Positions 27,031-41,308 of a stretch of DNA of 64,000 bases are shown here, one piece after another. Under the pieces are notes generated by a model, which had not been told where the DNA came from, made no database searches, and saw only the letters and a list, made by a program, of their open reading frames with translations. A program made the position numbers and the translations under genes. Each line of letters begins with the position of its first letter. The first letter of the stretch is position 1. The stretch comes from Malacoraja senta (lineage: Eukaryota), in contig CM075993.1 of NCBI GenBank assembly GCA_038087875.1, positions 5,830,001 through 5,894,000 on the forward strand, read 5' to 3'.

Positions 27031-28666
27031 CAGTGCCCTCCATAATGTTTGGGACAAAGACTCATCATTTATTTATTTGCCTCTGTACTCCACAATTTGA
27101 GATTCGTAACAGAAAAAAAATCACATGTAGTTAAAGTGCACATTGTCACATTGTAATAAAGGCCATTTTTATACATTTTGGTTTCACCATGTAGAAATTA
27201 CAGCAGTGTTTATACATAGTCCCCCCCCCCCCCCATTTCAGGGCACTATAATGTTTGGAACACAGCAATGTCTTGTACATTGAGGTAGTCATGTTTAGTA
27301 TTTTGTTGCATATCCTTTGCATGCAATGGCTGCTTGAAGTCTGCGATTCATGGACATCACCAGTTGCTGGGTGTCTTCTCTGGTGATGCTCTGCCAGGCC
27401 TGTATTGCAGCCATCTTTAGCTTATGCTTGTTATGGGGGCTAGTCCCCTTCAGTTTTCTCTTCAGCATATGAAAGGCAAGCTCAATTGGGTTCAGACCGA
27501 GTGATTGACTTGGCCACACAAGAATGTACCATTTTTTAGCTTTGAAAAACTCCTTTGTTGCTTTAGCAGTATGTTTGGGGATCATCGTCTTGCTGTGGAA
27601 TGAACCGCCGGCCAATGAGTTTTGTTCGAACTTGGGCAGATAGGCCACTATACACTTCAGAATTCATTATGCTAATACAATCAGTTGTATCATCAATGAA
27701 GATAAGTGAGCCAGTACTTTCTGCAGCCATACATGCCCAGGCCATAACACCCCCACCATCGTGTTTCACAGATGAGGTGGTATGCTTTGGATGTTGGGCA
27801 GTTCCTTCTCTCCTCCATACTTTGCTCTTGCCATCACTCTGGTATAAGTTAATCTTTGTCTCATCTGTCCACAAGACTTTTTTTTCCAGAACTGTGGTTG
27901 CTCTTTTAACTGGCAAACTGTAACCTGGCCATCCTATTTTTGCAGCTAACCAGTGGTTTGCATCTTGCAGTGTAGCCACTGTTTCTCTGTTCATGAAGTC
28001 TTCTGCGGATAGTGGTCATTGTCAAATCCGCACCCGACTCCTGAAGAGTGTTTCTGATCTGTCGGAAGAGGTGTTTGGGGATTATTTTCTTATTATAGCG
28101 AGAATTCTTCTGTCATCAGCTGTGGAGGTCTTCCTTGGCCTGCCAGTCCCTTTGTGATTAGTAAGCTCACCAGTGCTCTCTTTCTTCTTAATGATGTTCC
28201 AAACAGCTGATTTTGGCAAGCCTAAGGTTTGGCTGATGTCTCTAACAGTTTTATTCTTGTTTCTCAGTCTCATAATGACTTCTTTGACTTTCATTGGCAC
28301 AACTTTGGTCCTTACGTTGATAAACAGCAATAAGAGTTTCCAAAGGTGATGGAAAGACTGGAGGAAAGACTAGGTGCTGAGAGCTCTCTTATACCTGCAA
28401 TAAGGAGGCATTTAAACACACCTGAGCAATTACAAAAACCATGTGTCCCAAACATTATGGTGCCCTGAAATGTGGGGAAAGTATGTATAAACACAGCTGT
28501 AATTTCTACATGGTAAAACCTAAATGGATAAAAATGGCCTTTATTAAAATCTGACAATGTGCACTTTAACCACATGTGATTTTTTTTCTATTACAAATCT
28601 CAAATTGTGGAGTACAGAGGCAAATAAATAAATGCCGAGTCTTTGTCCCAAACATTATGGGCATTG
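27031..28666 (-). mobile_element. Full-length Tc1/mariner (IR/DR-type) transposon, frameshifted transposase
   Basis: ~230 bp TIRs with internal direct repeats, TA TSD; ORF pieces carry HTH-GRPRK, WTDE, QQDDDP and PSQS..LNPIE motifs. Confidence 0.96.
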
Positions 28667-29226
28667 TATGAATCATACTGAAACAGGTGGGCATGCCTTC
28701 AGCTGCCAAAGCTCGATACTCTAATTTCCACTCTCTTTGATCAAGCCTTTGGACATCTTTCGTATTATGTAGCTCATGGTCTAACTATACTCCTGTGAAG
28801 TAGCCTTGGGATATTTCGCTATGTTAAATGGTGCCATGTAATCTAGAGTCGACATTGAAATCAGGAGCAGAATCATTATTTGACCTTTCCTTCTATTTCA
28901 GGCATATGTTGCCAAACATACCTCCTCTTTAGTCATTCTCTTGAAAATCAGATTGTTCAGAACAGGCACCAACATTTGGCAAATTACTGACTGCATATTT
29001 TAAACATGGTTGGGCACCATTAACCGTGATAAACTGAAATAATAAATAGAAAATAGTAGAAAAACTCACAGGTCAGACAGCATCTTTAGAACGAGAGATA
29101 GAATTCATGACCATTCATCAGCAAGTGAAACTAGAGCTTTTAGACCCCAACTTTAATTTTTCATATTGATAGTTTAATGCTTTGAAGGAATAAGGCAGAA
29201 TATCAGCTGCAAATGTCCAGCAGTAA

Positions 29227-29294
29227 AGGGCCTGACCCACTTACACGATTTTTTCGGCGACTGCCGAAAAAATCGCGTAAGTGGGACAGGCCCT
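29227..29294. mobile_element. Minimal 68 bp Harbinger-type MITE (hairpin)
   Basis: AGGGCCTGACCCACTTAC...GTAAGTGGGACAGGCCCT. Confidence 0.8.
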
Positions 29295-32200
29295 TCACTG
29301 AATCACATTGAAGAATTAACATAATGGCAAGATATTTGTGTCATCTGCAAATATTGATGCCGTCATCAGAATCTGGCTTGCATCCCAAGTCATACAATAA
29401 GAGAAAGAAGAATTTAAACAAAGTGCATAACTAAACTGGGAGTATGATTTTTGTTAGCCAAACATCTAAAATGCGCAACTTCTATACTTCCTTAATACAT
29501 CAATTCTTGGGGAGAAGGAATGCTTTTTAAAATTCCACCCTGAATGGTCAACTTCTTAATTTGAGACCGTGATTCCTGATTGCAGACACCCACACCAGGA
29601 GGTATATCAACTCCACATCTTCTCCACTCTTTAGGATTTTGAACATTTCAATACAAAGATCACTCCTCAGTGTTCTAAACTCAAGACAGTACAGGGTCAC
29701 CTGCTTAATTTCTCCTCATACAACCAACCAGCCATTCTTGCAATCAACTGGGTCGTTCTCCGCTGTACTTCCTCTACTGCAAACGTATGCCACCTTAGGC
29801 AAGGACTCTAGATCAGTACTCGGTCTGAAGAAGGATCTCGAATCGCCACACATTCCTTCTCTCCAGAGATGCTGCCTGTCCCGTTGAGTTAAGATAGACA
29901 CAAAATGCTGGAGTAACTCAGTACGTTAGGCAGCATATTTGGAGAACATGGATAGGTGATGTTATGCGTCGGTACACTTCCCCAAGGAAAGATCCTCCCC
30001 ATTCCCTTCTACTACTAACAGTGAAACAACATTTTTTTTAAAAAAGATTTGAGCATTCCAAGTATGTATTTAACTTTTTTTTTTTTTAATTGCTAACTTT
30101 TAGTTAGTTATTGGACAGAGACCTCCTGGAGCCAATTAACAATAATAAACTGCTTCTTACATGCTACGCCAGAACAGTTGATCAGATAATTGTAAATATA
30201 GCCATTTGGCTTAACATGGGTGTCATTGTTTCTGATTTTTCAAATGTGGGTATCAGACGAATTTCATTTTTGCAAATTATCAGTGAAAAAAATTACTGAT
30301 CAATTCCCAGTGCCAAGAATCATAAAGACAGAGGGCTACTTTGACAAGCAAGGTTCACTCGCACAAAGATAATAAATAATTAGCCAGATTTCCAAGAACA
30401 TCTTCCAGAAAGGTTTCATGTGGATAGGATCAACCAAGCTGGATGTACAGCAGAGAAGCAGGCCTTTCCACCCATCCAGTTCATGCTAAAACGTGTTCTC
30501 CACTCAAGCTTTTTCCTATCTTGCAATGACTAAACCACAGACATAAAAAGCTAGAGTAACTCAGCAGGACAGGCAGCATCTCTGGAGAGAAGGAATGGGT
30601 GATGTTTTGGGTTGAGACCCTTCTTCAGACTCTGAAGGGTCTCAACCCGAAACGTCACCCATGCCTTCTCTCCAGAGATGCTGCCTGTCGGGCTGAGTTA
30701 CTCCAGCTTTTTGTGTCTATCTTCGGTTTAAACCAGCATCTGCAGTTCCTTCTTACACAATACCTAAACCAATGTGTTTTATTCCCATCCCTTATACTTG
30801 TTGAGCCTTTACTTAAATACACCCATACTATTCCCCAATCACTTCTTGCAGAAGAAAGTCTCAAATTATCGCCACTTATTTGGTAAATGAGATTCTTCCA
30901 AATTTCCTGTTGGATAACTTGGTGAATATCTTATACTGATCGTCTCTAACTATGTTCTTCCCCACACTTAGAGACATTCTTTAGATCATAACTCCCACCA
31001 AAACTTCACAATTTTAAAGACCACTGTTAAACCATCCCTCTTTTCCGAAGATGGAATATGATAGAATTGTCAAAATACCTTCTACAATATTAGCTTTTTT
31101 CTCCAGACGATACTAAACCTATGCACCATCAGAAATTTCTGTTGTGTATTTACCATAAACATTGACCTCCGATTTCCATGCAGGTGCTGAACGTCAAAAT
31201 ATCCAATTCACTGCTGAACTCTATCTGCTTTTTATAGATTTACAATACTAAGTTTATTTTAAATGCAGATTTCAGGGCTATGATTGTAGAAATTGTTGTT
31301 TGTCAAGAGAAGTCTGTGACCAAAAATAATCTGGAAATTAGTGCAAAATATCATGAGCAATTCAGAATGCAGTTTTAGCTTTTCAATATATTACACAACT
31401 CCACTTTAACATAGGCAGAAAAATGAAAGGCTTATCAAACAAATATATAAAATTACAATGGTTACCTCAGACAAAAGTGTGGGGGGGAAACAAAATTAAG
31501 CATCCCTTAAAATATACAGCAGCAACAGATTAAAGGTTCAAATATAATTCACAGCAGATCATTATGTGCTAACCTCCATTATAAAACAGTGTCGCACCCT
31601 CCACACTTGTCCCCAACCCTTCACTTAAAAAAAGGTTAAGGAATACCATCTTGGCCTGCTGAGTTTTATTGAAGGTTCTGCCATATCCCAATTCACGCTT
31701 GTTTGGGTATCCTTTCTATTGAAGGAAATGTTCCAAAATATTAACTTGCCTCCCCCTTACAATTAGTTCCAGCTATTATTTTTCATTCTGCTTTACTACC
31801 GTAAATAATAGAAAAGTAACTCATTTCTAAATCATAATCATAATCATATTTTATTAGCCAAGTATGTTTTGCAACATACAAGGAATTTCATTTGCCATAC
31901 AGTCATACCAATAGAAAGCAATAAGACTCATTACCAAGTTATACGCTGCTTTGAATGTCATTGCTGGGAGGACACGGAAATACTGTGGCCCACGTTTGAT
32001 TGTTAAAAGATCTGTCCAGGCACAAAGTAGTACAACTGCCCTTCAAGGACTTATTTATGTTTCCTCTTGATTAAACAAGCAGCTGAATGATTGCCATGAG
32101 CTTTCTCTTTAAAATGAGTGTGACCTACAAGTGGATTAAACAGGCAGTCACTCGAGGTATTGCCAAAAGCTCAGCAGAAAAATCAACTGGTTAGCAATTT

Positions 32201-35200
32201 CAGTACTGGAATCTGACATTATTATTTACAGCCAAATCACAAGAGAGTTTTGCAAAACTTTACTCAAATTCTAGGGACTGTTAAACTTATCTAGCAAACA
32301 CTTTGGTTTCAAGTACTCACAGTGATCCTGAGATTCCATGCCAGGACTGCTTTTACTGGGACACACGTGACACAATGTCATAAGCTGCAGATGATGACCC
32401 AGCTAAAATATGGCAGCTGCTTAACATAACACTTTATCACTGACATTCTTTACAGTGCGAGCATTCCTAAATAATCCAAGACCAACATCACATCCTCTAG
32501 AGTAGAATAATGTACCATGAAAACAGCCCCTTGGAACTATGTCAAACTATCACCGAACCGTTTAATTCTACTTTACCACCCCATCAACTCCCTCCAAAAT
32601 TCAACACTCAAAACTGTTTAATTCTCATATCCACTAATAACAGAAGGAGGAAATTCTTACTTGCAAGAGCATAACAGGCCGGCAAACACAACACATGTAG
32701 GTAATATAATTTAAAACAAATATTGTGGTTATTAATTTTAAGTCCTTAGGGCAACCAAAGACAGTTCACAAAAGTTCATAATTGACATTAGTGTTGTGCA
32801 GTGTTCAAGAGCCTGATGGTTGTTGGGAAGAAGCTATTCTGGTCACCGTTTTCAAACTCCTGTACCTTCTTCCCGAGGGTAGGAGTAAAATGAGGGTATT
32901 AGCCTTTGATTCTTCCATTCACCAAGCAAAGGGGGCAATTTACAGTGTCCAATTGGCCTATGAACCCATGTCTTGCAATGTGGGGGGGGGGGGAGGGAAC
33001 TAGAGCAACGAGAGAAAACTCAGAGAATGTGCAAACTCCACAAAGATAGCACCAAGGTCTAGATTGAACCCAGGCTATTAGAGCTGCTGCATCACAGCTC
33101 TACCAGCTGTGTCTCTGGGCTGCCCTAGTCAATGCTGCTTTCAATTAGGCCCTAGAAACACATCCTCATTGAAAAAGTCTCCAATTATATAATTGTAGAA
33201 AAATCATATTTAGGGTGTTGAAGTCAAATGATGCATCTGGGGTGGCAGAGTGCTCCAATGTGATAATGCCTTCAAGCTTTATGAATAGCTCAGCGTCTTG
33301 TTATGCATTTATTAATCTGTCCCTTGTCACCTCTGTCACGTGGGATAATCCTTAGTTTTCATTTGCATATTGATTGTCCATATCTGCCATGATTTCTGCA
33401 GCTGAAACTTAAAGATATAACCATTACTGCAGTCTAAATGAAACAAAAATATGGATGTCACGGGAGAATAATACCCTTCCCCCACCCTCAGGACTGATAA
33501 CGAGATTAGCAGATAAAATTCAAACAATGTGTGCATTGATAATATGGCAATTTTTTTTTTAATGGGTTCGAGAGCTATTGCTGCAAATCAAGGATAACTT
33601 TTCATACTACTGAAGCATTCAGAGTTATATGGTGATTGGCACTCTGAGCCATGAGACACACCTAGAGAGAGAGTGAAGCTTGGGCAGGGTATTAGCACAA
33701 AGATTCACTCTGACATGTGCAATACCCTGGAGAATAAAGTTTAGTGTCATACACTATGGAAGAGGGGAAACAGGAATTCGAGAAGAATGTGGGATTCTTT
33801 AAAAGAGCAAAATGCTGGAAAAGAGAGAGCAGGAATTATTTTAAGATGCTTTAACTTTTGTGGTAAATGTTGCGAGGGGAACAATATGCTTGTCACTTAA
33901 GAAAGGAAGAGGTACACATCTCAAATACCATCTCACACTTTCTTTTATATAGAGATGCAATGTAATTCTAAAGCAACTACCATCATTTTACACTAGGGGC
34001 TGATTGAGATGTATGTAGTGTGTTTGTGCTGCACACTCCGAGCGTAGCTGAAACAATGGCACAAATCAACTACTGTAATGGAGCGATTCGGTGATGCACT
34101 TATGAGTTTAGGTAAGCACAATGAAAGGAATAAAAGGATATGATGATAGGGCAAGTCAGATGAGGGTATAGAAGTCTTGTGTGGAACATGAACACTAACA
34201 TGATACGACTGGGCCAAATGCTACATTCCTGCAAATACGGTTTAGTGTTTCCCATTTTGATCAACTTTCTGCTTGATGCATCTTTCCTGGGGGCAAGATA
34301 GATGAGCATTATTGAGACAGTGTAATAAGGTCCTTTCAACAACCAGCTCCTGCTACACCAGCCCCAGAATGTTTGATGGGACAGTCTAGGAGGAGCATTA
34401 CTTTATCGCTTATACTACCTTGCACGTGTGAGTACTCAAAAGACACCAGTTTATTAGTTTAGTGAACAGGACCTTTGGCCCACCGGGCTCGCGCCGACCA
34501 GCGATCCCCGCACATTAACACTATCCCACACACAATAGGGACAATTTTTACATTTACCATGCCAATTTACCTACTTACCTGTGTGTCTTTGGAGTGTGGG
34601 AAGAAACCGAAGATCTCGGAGAAAACCCACACGGTCACGGGGAGAACGTGCAAACTCCATACAGACAGAACCCGGGTCTCCGACGTTGCAAGCGCTGTAA
34701 GGCAGCAGCTCTACCGCTGCACCACCGTGCTCCCACTAGAGGGAGCATCAATCTGCAACTAGTTATGTTAAATAAACTGGAACTCTTAAATGTTAATGTG
34801 TGATACCTAAAATAAAAAACTTTTCATGCTTACTTTAACTTGAGAACAAAAATGGAATTTAAAAGACCATCAGTACATTTACACCTAAATTAGGCCACTG
34901 CAGTAATAGTAATAAACTATGGTAATAAACTATAATAAACCATAGTAATAAACTATGGACACTCCTACATACAACTAGCTCCCATAATATTAAGTCGGTG
35001 CAGTTTGCAATGTTCTTCATATGATCATGGGTTTCCTCCGTGTGCTCCGGTTTCTTCCTACAATCCAAAGACGTACAGGTTTGTAGGTTCATTGGCCTTT
35101 GTAGCGTCCCCCTAGTTGTAAGGAGTGGATGAGAAAGTGTGATAACAGAACTGATGTGAACAGGCGATCGATAGTCAGCGTGAACTCTGCGGGCTGAAGG

Positions 35201-37999
35201 GCCTGTACGTGCAGCATCATTAAATTAAACTAATTTTCCCTCGCGCTTTCTCCCTCTAATAAACTCCCTCACATAGATTTCTTAGCAATCTATGTGCTTT
35301 CGATGGCATTCATTGTAACACTGTGGGGGTACAATTAGCAAAGTATATTTTGTGATTTATAAATTGATTATAAAGTGTATATGTTGACCTATGGTGATTC
35401 ATATAAACTGAACCAGTTTACTGCCTTGGCATAGCCTGTAGTTTTATCTCCTGAGATTCTATTCTTGTTTCAAGGAATTTGCTTTACCAGCATATCCAAA
35501 ACATACAATAATTATTTAAACCAAGCGGAAATTTCAGCTACCCATTAGAATGAAAACAAATGCCGTCTCCTTTCAGTCAAGGATTTAATGCTTTGTGATC
35601 CAAAATCATATCAAATAATCCATGATCTCAATCCTTACAACAATGTACCCAAGTTCGCAACTGCTGTCTAATTATGAAACAATTTAAATATCTGCACTAT
35701 TAAAAATAATGAGTGGATGATTGAAGAGCTGCCTAATAAAATGGCCTGGATACACAAACAATTTACAATGCTGATTTAAATTCATAACACCTCTTCCTTT
35801 ATTTTTACCCACCTTAAGGTGTTGAGTTTTGCTGCTGGGTAACAGAACAAGTTTCTACTTCAGGTTACATACAATATATCATATTCCACCTCATGAACTG
35901 TCCGAGGGAAGAGGTACATAAAGAAACTATATATTACATCCCAACAATTAAATCAGTTATCAGGCAAGTGAATTTTCTTCTGCTGTTACCAGGCAATTAA
36001 ACCATTCTATCGCCAGCTAGAGAGCAGTCCTGACCTCCCACCTACCTCGTTGGAGACCTTTGAACTATCTTTAATCAGACTTTACTTTACACTAAAGGTT
36101 ATACCCTTTATCCTGTATCTGTACTTTGTGGACAGCTTGATTGTAATCATGTAATAGTATTTTCACTGGCTGGACAGCACACAGCAAAAAGCTTTTCACT
36201 ATACCATAGTACACCGGACAATAATAAAATAAAATAAACCAAACTTCTCCCAAAGAAACTCATAGATTTGCAGACACTGGACTATTGAGCAAAACACAAA
36301 GTACTGAAGGAACTTAGTGAGTCAGACAGCATCTGTGGAGCGATTAGACTGGCGACATTTCAGGTTTGGACCCTTCTTCGGACTTGGTGTCTGAAGAATG
36401 ATCCAGACCCAAAACATCATATGTCATTCGCTCCACAGATCCTGCTTGCCCTGCTGAGTTGCTTCAGCACTGGGTTTTTCTCTCAAAGAATGATAGATAT
36501 TTCACACCAGAATATCAAACAAGGTTCTGTACACACATTGAACGACTTTTGAAATGTTGTTATTGTTGTAATTTTGGAAACCCAACAGACAACGTGTTTA
36601 CTATAAGATGCACAGGAAATGTTAACATGGAAAAAAATGGGTTGCATGGAATGTCCAAGATTTAAATTAAAGTTAAATTCTCTCTTCACTTCAATCTCAG
36701 CCTCCAGAAATACTGAAGTATTATTTAAAAAATAGGATACTGTCATCTTTAACTTTATTTCTATTGTGCTTCACACAGGTAAGATGTGGGATTAAAATTC
36801 TCACTCCCATGACCCCTGTGGAATAATAAACAGCTCAGGAGCCTTCAGCTAGCTAGACCACAGGACAAACAAACTATGATCACCACCGCATATCCCCTGA
36901 CCCTGACAACAACAGTTGAGACCAAAAGGAGCAATCTACACAACCTTAACCAATTCTGTCCCGAGATCTAATGGGAAACAAGTCAATTCTTGGCAACTAA
37001 AAAAATCTCCACAGGCACCTGAAAGCTGGAGATTCAAAATGGCCCAAAAGGTGATGGGTGGAAAGAGTGCAGACGGATCAGTAACAAACCATCAACTTCA
37101 ACATGTAGGCCAAGGGGTAATCCTATAGAGGTGTATAAAATCATAAGGGGAATTCACAGGGTAAATACACAGTCTTTTACCCAGGGCAGGCAATCAAGAA
37201 CCAGAGGACATAGGTTTAAGGTTAAAGGGGAAAGATTTATTTAGGAACCAGAGGGGCATCTTCTTCCACTCAGAGGGTAGTGGGTATGGAATGAGCTGCC
37301 AGAGGAGGTAGTCGTGTAAGGTAAAATAACAACATTTAAAGACACTTGGACAGGTACTTGAATGGGAAAGGTTTGGAATGGGAAGTGTGTGGACCAAATG
37401 CAGGCAAATAAGACTAGCTTAGATGGGAGATATTGGTCAGCATGAACGAGTTTGGGCGGCGAAGCCTGCTTCTGTGCTCTATGCATAGGTTCTTCAGTTC
37501 TGTCTAACCAGTCAACTGAAAGACAAATTATGATTACAATCGAGCCATTTACAGTGTATAGATACATAAGGGAACAACATTTAGTGCAAGGTAAAGCCAT
37601 TAATGTCCGAGCAAAGATATTCTGTGGTTCACCCACAAGGCAGATAGTAGATCAGGACTGCTCTCTAGTTGTAGTAGGATGATTCAGTTGCCCGATAACA
37701 GCTGGGAAATATTGTCGTCCCAAATGTGTCAATCCTCAAATTCTGTCATAATCCGTATTCTATTTCATGAAAAGGTTAGAATTCTTACCAATGGATCCAC
37801 CACAAACCCAATTCCAACACAGAATGGTGCCAACAAAGAATGTGTTCATTGCAGTCTCTCTCTTTTTAGGCTTCCTCACTGAATTTTGACAAAATCCCTG
37901 GCAGAGTGTTAATCTAAAGAACAAACAGGATAATGTTCAACCTTTGTTGCAGAACCAAAGTTCCTTCAGCTCCACTCAAATAACAATGTAAAAAAATGT

Positions 38000-38872
38000 A
38001 AGCTCCAAACCAATATGGCCTTCTTTACTCGATCACATATATGGGCAGGCCTGCAAATAACATCCAATTCAAAAGACCCTTCACCAATTTGCCCTGTCAC
38101 ACAATACTATCTCCCAAAAGTCAATATCCATGACAATTGCCTCTACATATAATTTCTATGCATCAGGACCAGATCTCACCAAGGGCAGAATTTACTTGTG
38201 CAAACCACCATTGTGCACTTTTAGAGATGGTGGTGGAAAAAACCCCCACATCTCTAGCTCATAGTCCACTCAGAGCAGCAGGCCCCACCTTCCTGTACAT
38301 GTGACAGAGAGAATCTGCCTACAATAGGCACCTCAAGCACCAGCGGAGGACTACCACCAACACTTCTTCTGAAAATCTCTCCAAATCCATTGGCAAGATC
38401 AGCAAGCCAGTGTCTCCCAGACCTACATTGAAGTTCTATCCACACACACACACACACACAACTGGAGGGCAAACCACATAATCTACATAGCTGACAATTG
38501 ACTCCTAAGAACTCCAAAGTTGCATCATGGCACACAATTCCCAGAAGCACCAAGGAACCACTTTCAAGGAGCCCTCAAAACCTGCTTGGGGGGAAAAAAA
38601 TCATAACATTGTCACCGAATCATGTGAAGCCCTGGAACATGACAGCTGAATATGGTGGGGGAGGGGAGAGAAAATGGGTAGGCACTAAACATTGAGTCTC
38701 TCCATGGCTACATATCACAAACAGTGAAAGCAGTGCGCAACAATTCCCCCAACTGCCCCATCCAGCTTCACCCACAACAGCATCTGCGGATCCCACACGG
38801 GACTCATTACCCACAACAGAACACACTGAACTGTTGCGGAAGCAAGACATCCTCTACCCCAAGAGACTGCCT
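38000..38872 (+). mobile_element. Degraded RTE/BovB-like LINE 3' part
   Basis: C-terminal CGSHTGLITHNRTH* remnant and gcaagacatcctc...gagactgcct tail; left boundary approximate. Confidence 0.5.
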
Positions 38873-39817
38873 GCAGGGAAAATAGCTACTATAATCAGAA
38901 CCATAGCAATAAATGTGGTAGCAGGACTGTACACTATGGTGCCAAACATATTTGCAATCATTTGGTTAAACCAAGTGTTTACATTCACACACAAATTCAT
39001 TCAGACCATTTACATCTGCAGAGTCACCTTTAAGATGCTGACAAAGACTAAAAAAATTAAAGCCTTTACAGCTTTCAAATTCAAATGATTCCTTTTATTG
39101 TCATCGCCTCAAAACATAACGATGAACAAACAATTACTTACAGCAGCACAACAGTTAGTTTAGTCTTGTTTTCACATGCGAAATGAAAGTACAGTGATAA
39201 TCACTTCCTGTTTATGATTATTTTGGCAAAGTGAAAGAATTTCAAATGGCATGTCTAAAAAAAGCGTCACAAAAAGTTGCAACCACCTGTCACAAACGTA
39301 CAGACCGAGTAACACTTCTAGGTTTTGAAACTGGAAATTGGCAGCTCTGCCTGAAGTCAACTGAAGCATGACTGTTTCACATGTTGTGGGACCATGCAAA
39401 AAGGAAGACAATAAACCTCAGAGCCCAAAACATTCCTCAAAAAACAAGCCCCCTGGGACAAAGTGGCTGGAAACCAGTGACATCCTCATCTTCAAAAGGG
39501 AAGGCTGGCATGCACCATTTTAGATGGTGACTTTCAATGCCAACAAACACTACAGAATGGCATTTGAGGTTAAAACTCTCTTTATATATATAGCAACACG
39601 CACAGCTGATATTTCCCACTGTTTAACATCAATGCACAGCACTCCAAATGATCGATTTGCAGTTTAAAATAAATAAAAAACTGTCAATGTTTACTAAAAT
39701 AACTCATTGTTAAAAATAATATTAACATTTTGAGACCTCGCTTATTCCAACATTGTTCTCACTCGCATCAACAGGACACATTGATTCTGCGGCTGTTTTT
39801 GAATACTGAGCACTCAC

Positions 39818-40060
39818 TTCCCAGCCGAGATGGTCCGTGTGTGAGTTAAGTTGCCCTCACACTCTCTGCAGCCTCCATGTTGGTTGCCGCCTTCACTGGG
39901 CATTTAGGCCCCGCTTAGAAACGCCCCTGACAACCTCCCGGCCAACCCAACCTGCCGCCGGAAGTTTCCCGCCCAATGATTGACAACCTAACCTCCTTGC
40001 GGCCGGACCACCTGCCGGGAGAACGGGGAAACAGCGCCGGCCGGGCGCTCAGTGGCGTGG
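39818..40060 (-). promoter_or_regulatory. Probable PPIP5K1 non-coding first exon and CpG-rich housekeeping (possibly bidirectional) promoter
   Basis: Minus-strand donor GAA|GTGAGT at 39817; YY1-like AACATGG at 39875-39881; ETS CCGGAAGT 39958-39965; E2F-like TTTCCCGC 39965-39972; CCAAT 39973-39977; local CpG enrichment in non-repeat DNA. Confidence 0.7.
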
Positions 40061-40223
40061 AGCCTTACTGCAACCACGAACCTGGCAATGGACAAGGTTG
40101 GGGTTACCCAACATGACAATGGCCTCTTACCAACCAAAACCTGGCGTGCACCCATTTCTCCCACTATCCCACTCCCACATCACACAGACCACAGTCGGAA
40201 GAAGGATCTCGACTCAAAATATC

Positions 40224-40513
40224 GAATCCCGCTTGGAGTGCATACTGTCGTTGTGTCCTTGGGCAAGACACTTCACCCACCTTTGCCTGCGTGTGAATGT
40301 GTGTGAATGTGTGTGAGTGATTGGTGGTGGTCAGAGGGGCCGTAGGCGCAAATTAGCAGCCACGCTTCCGTCAGTCTGCCCCAGGGCAGCTGTGGCTACA
40401 GAAGTAGCTCACCACCACCGAGTGTGACTGAGGAGTGAATGAATAATGCGATGTAAAGCGCCTTGAGTATTAGAAAGGCGCTATATAAATCCAATCCATT
40501 ATTATTATTATTA
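40224..40513 (+). mobile_element. SINE with L2-type 3' tail
   Basis: tRNA B-box remnant, tgtaaagcgccttgag...(att)n tail, AAAATATC direct repeat on both sides. Confidence 0.7.
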
Positions 40514-40561
40514 AAATATCACCTATCCATATTCTCCAGAGATGCATAGGAAGCATAGAAA

Positions 40562-41185
40562 TTTGGCGAGTCGAGACAGTCGGGTACAACAAAGTTCTTT
40601 ATTTTTTAAACGAAAATAAAGTGATTTCCCGAGTCGCTATTGACAGACAAAATAAACGATGCTCACTCAAACCGCGTGGAACTCGAATGAATGGTTTTAC
40701 AGAAAACCCACAAAAACGTCCCCCCGCTCAAGTGACCACGCCAGCCAATAGCGACGGTTCGACAATACCAAGGCCACCACTAGGTGCCGCTACAGGACCC
40801 CCCCCCCAGAACCCGAGGTACGGAACCGCCCTCCCCCCCCCAGAACCCGAGGTACGGAACCGAGCGGGAGGCTGGATACGGGGACCGCAACGCGTGGTAA
40901 CAACGGACGGGGCGGGCGATACAGGTGGGGCTGGCGGAACAGAGCCAGGGGACAGTAACGGTGCAGGAGGAACAGAAACAACAAGCGAGAGGGGAACAGG
41001 CACAACAGGTGCGACCGGACCGACAAGTGGACGGCCCCTACGCCGAGGCTGCGCCACCACCACCTGGCTGTCGACATCCAGGTGGGCTGGCTTAAGTCGA
41101 GCGACAGAGACGATCTCCTCTCTGCCCCCGACGTCCAACAGGAAAGTCACGACGCTGGGGCGCAACAAGTCCATGCTGACCATAG
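40562..41185 (-). mobile_element. Gypsy LTR retrotransposon 3' remnant (integrase C-terminus, PPT, 3' LTR 40562-40794)
   Basis: FLLDVGGREEIVSVARLKPAH; G-run PPT followed by TGTAGCGG LTR start; ~30 bp tandem duplication next to the PPT. Confidence 0.8.
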
Positions 41186-41308
41186 ATCACCTGTTCCCAT
41201 AGCTCCACTTTCTCATCCACTCCCTACACACTAGGGGTAATTTACCAAGGACAATTAAACCACGAACCTATTTTGACTTTGTACTGTATTTTCTGTTTCC
41301 TATTGCAG

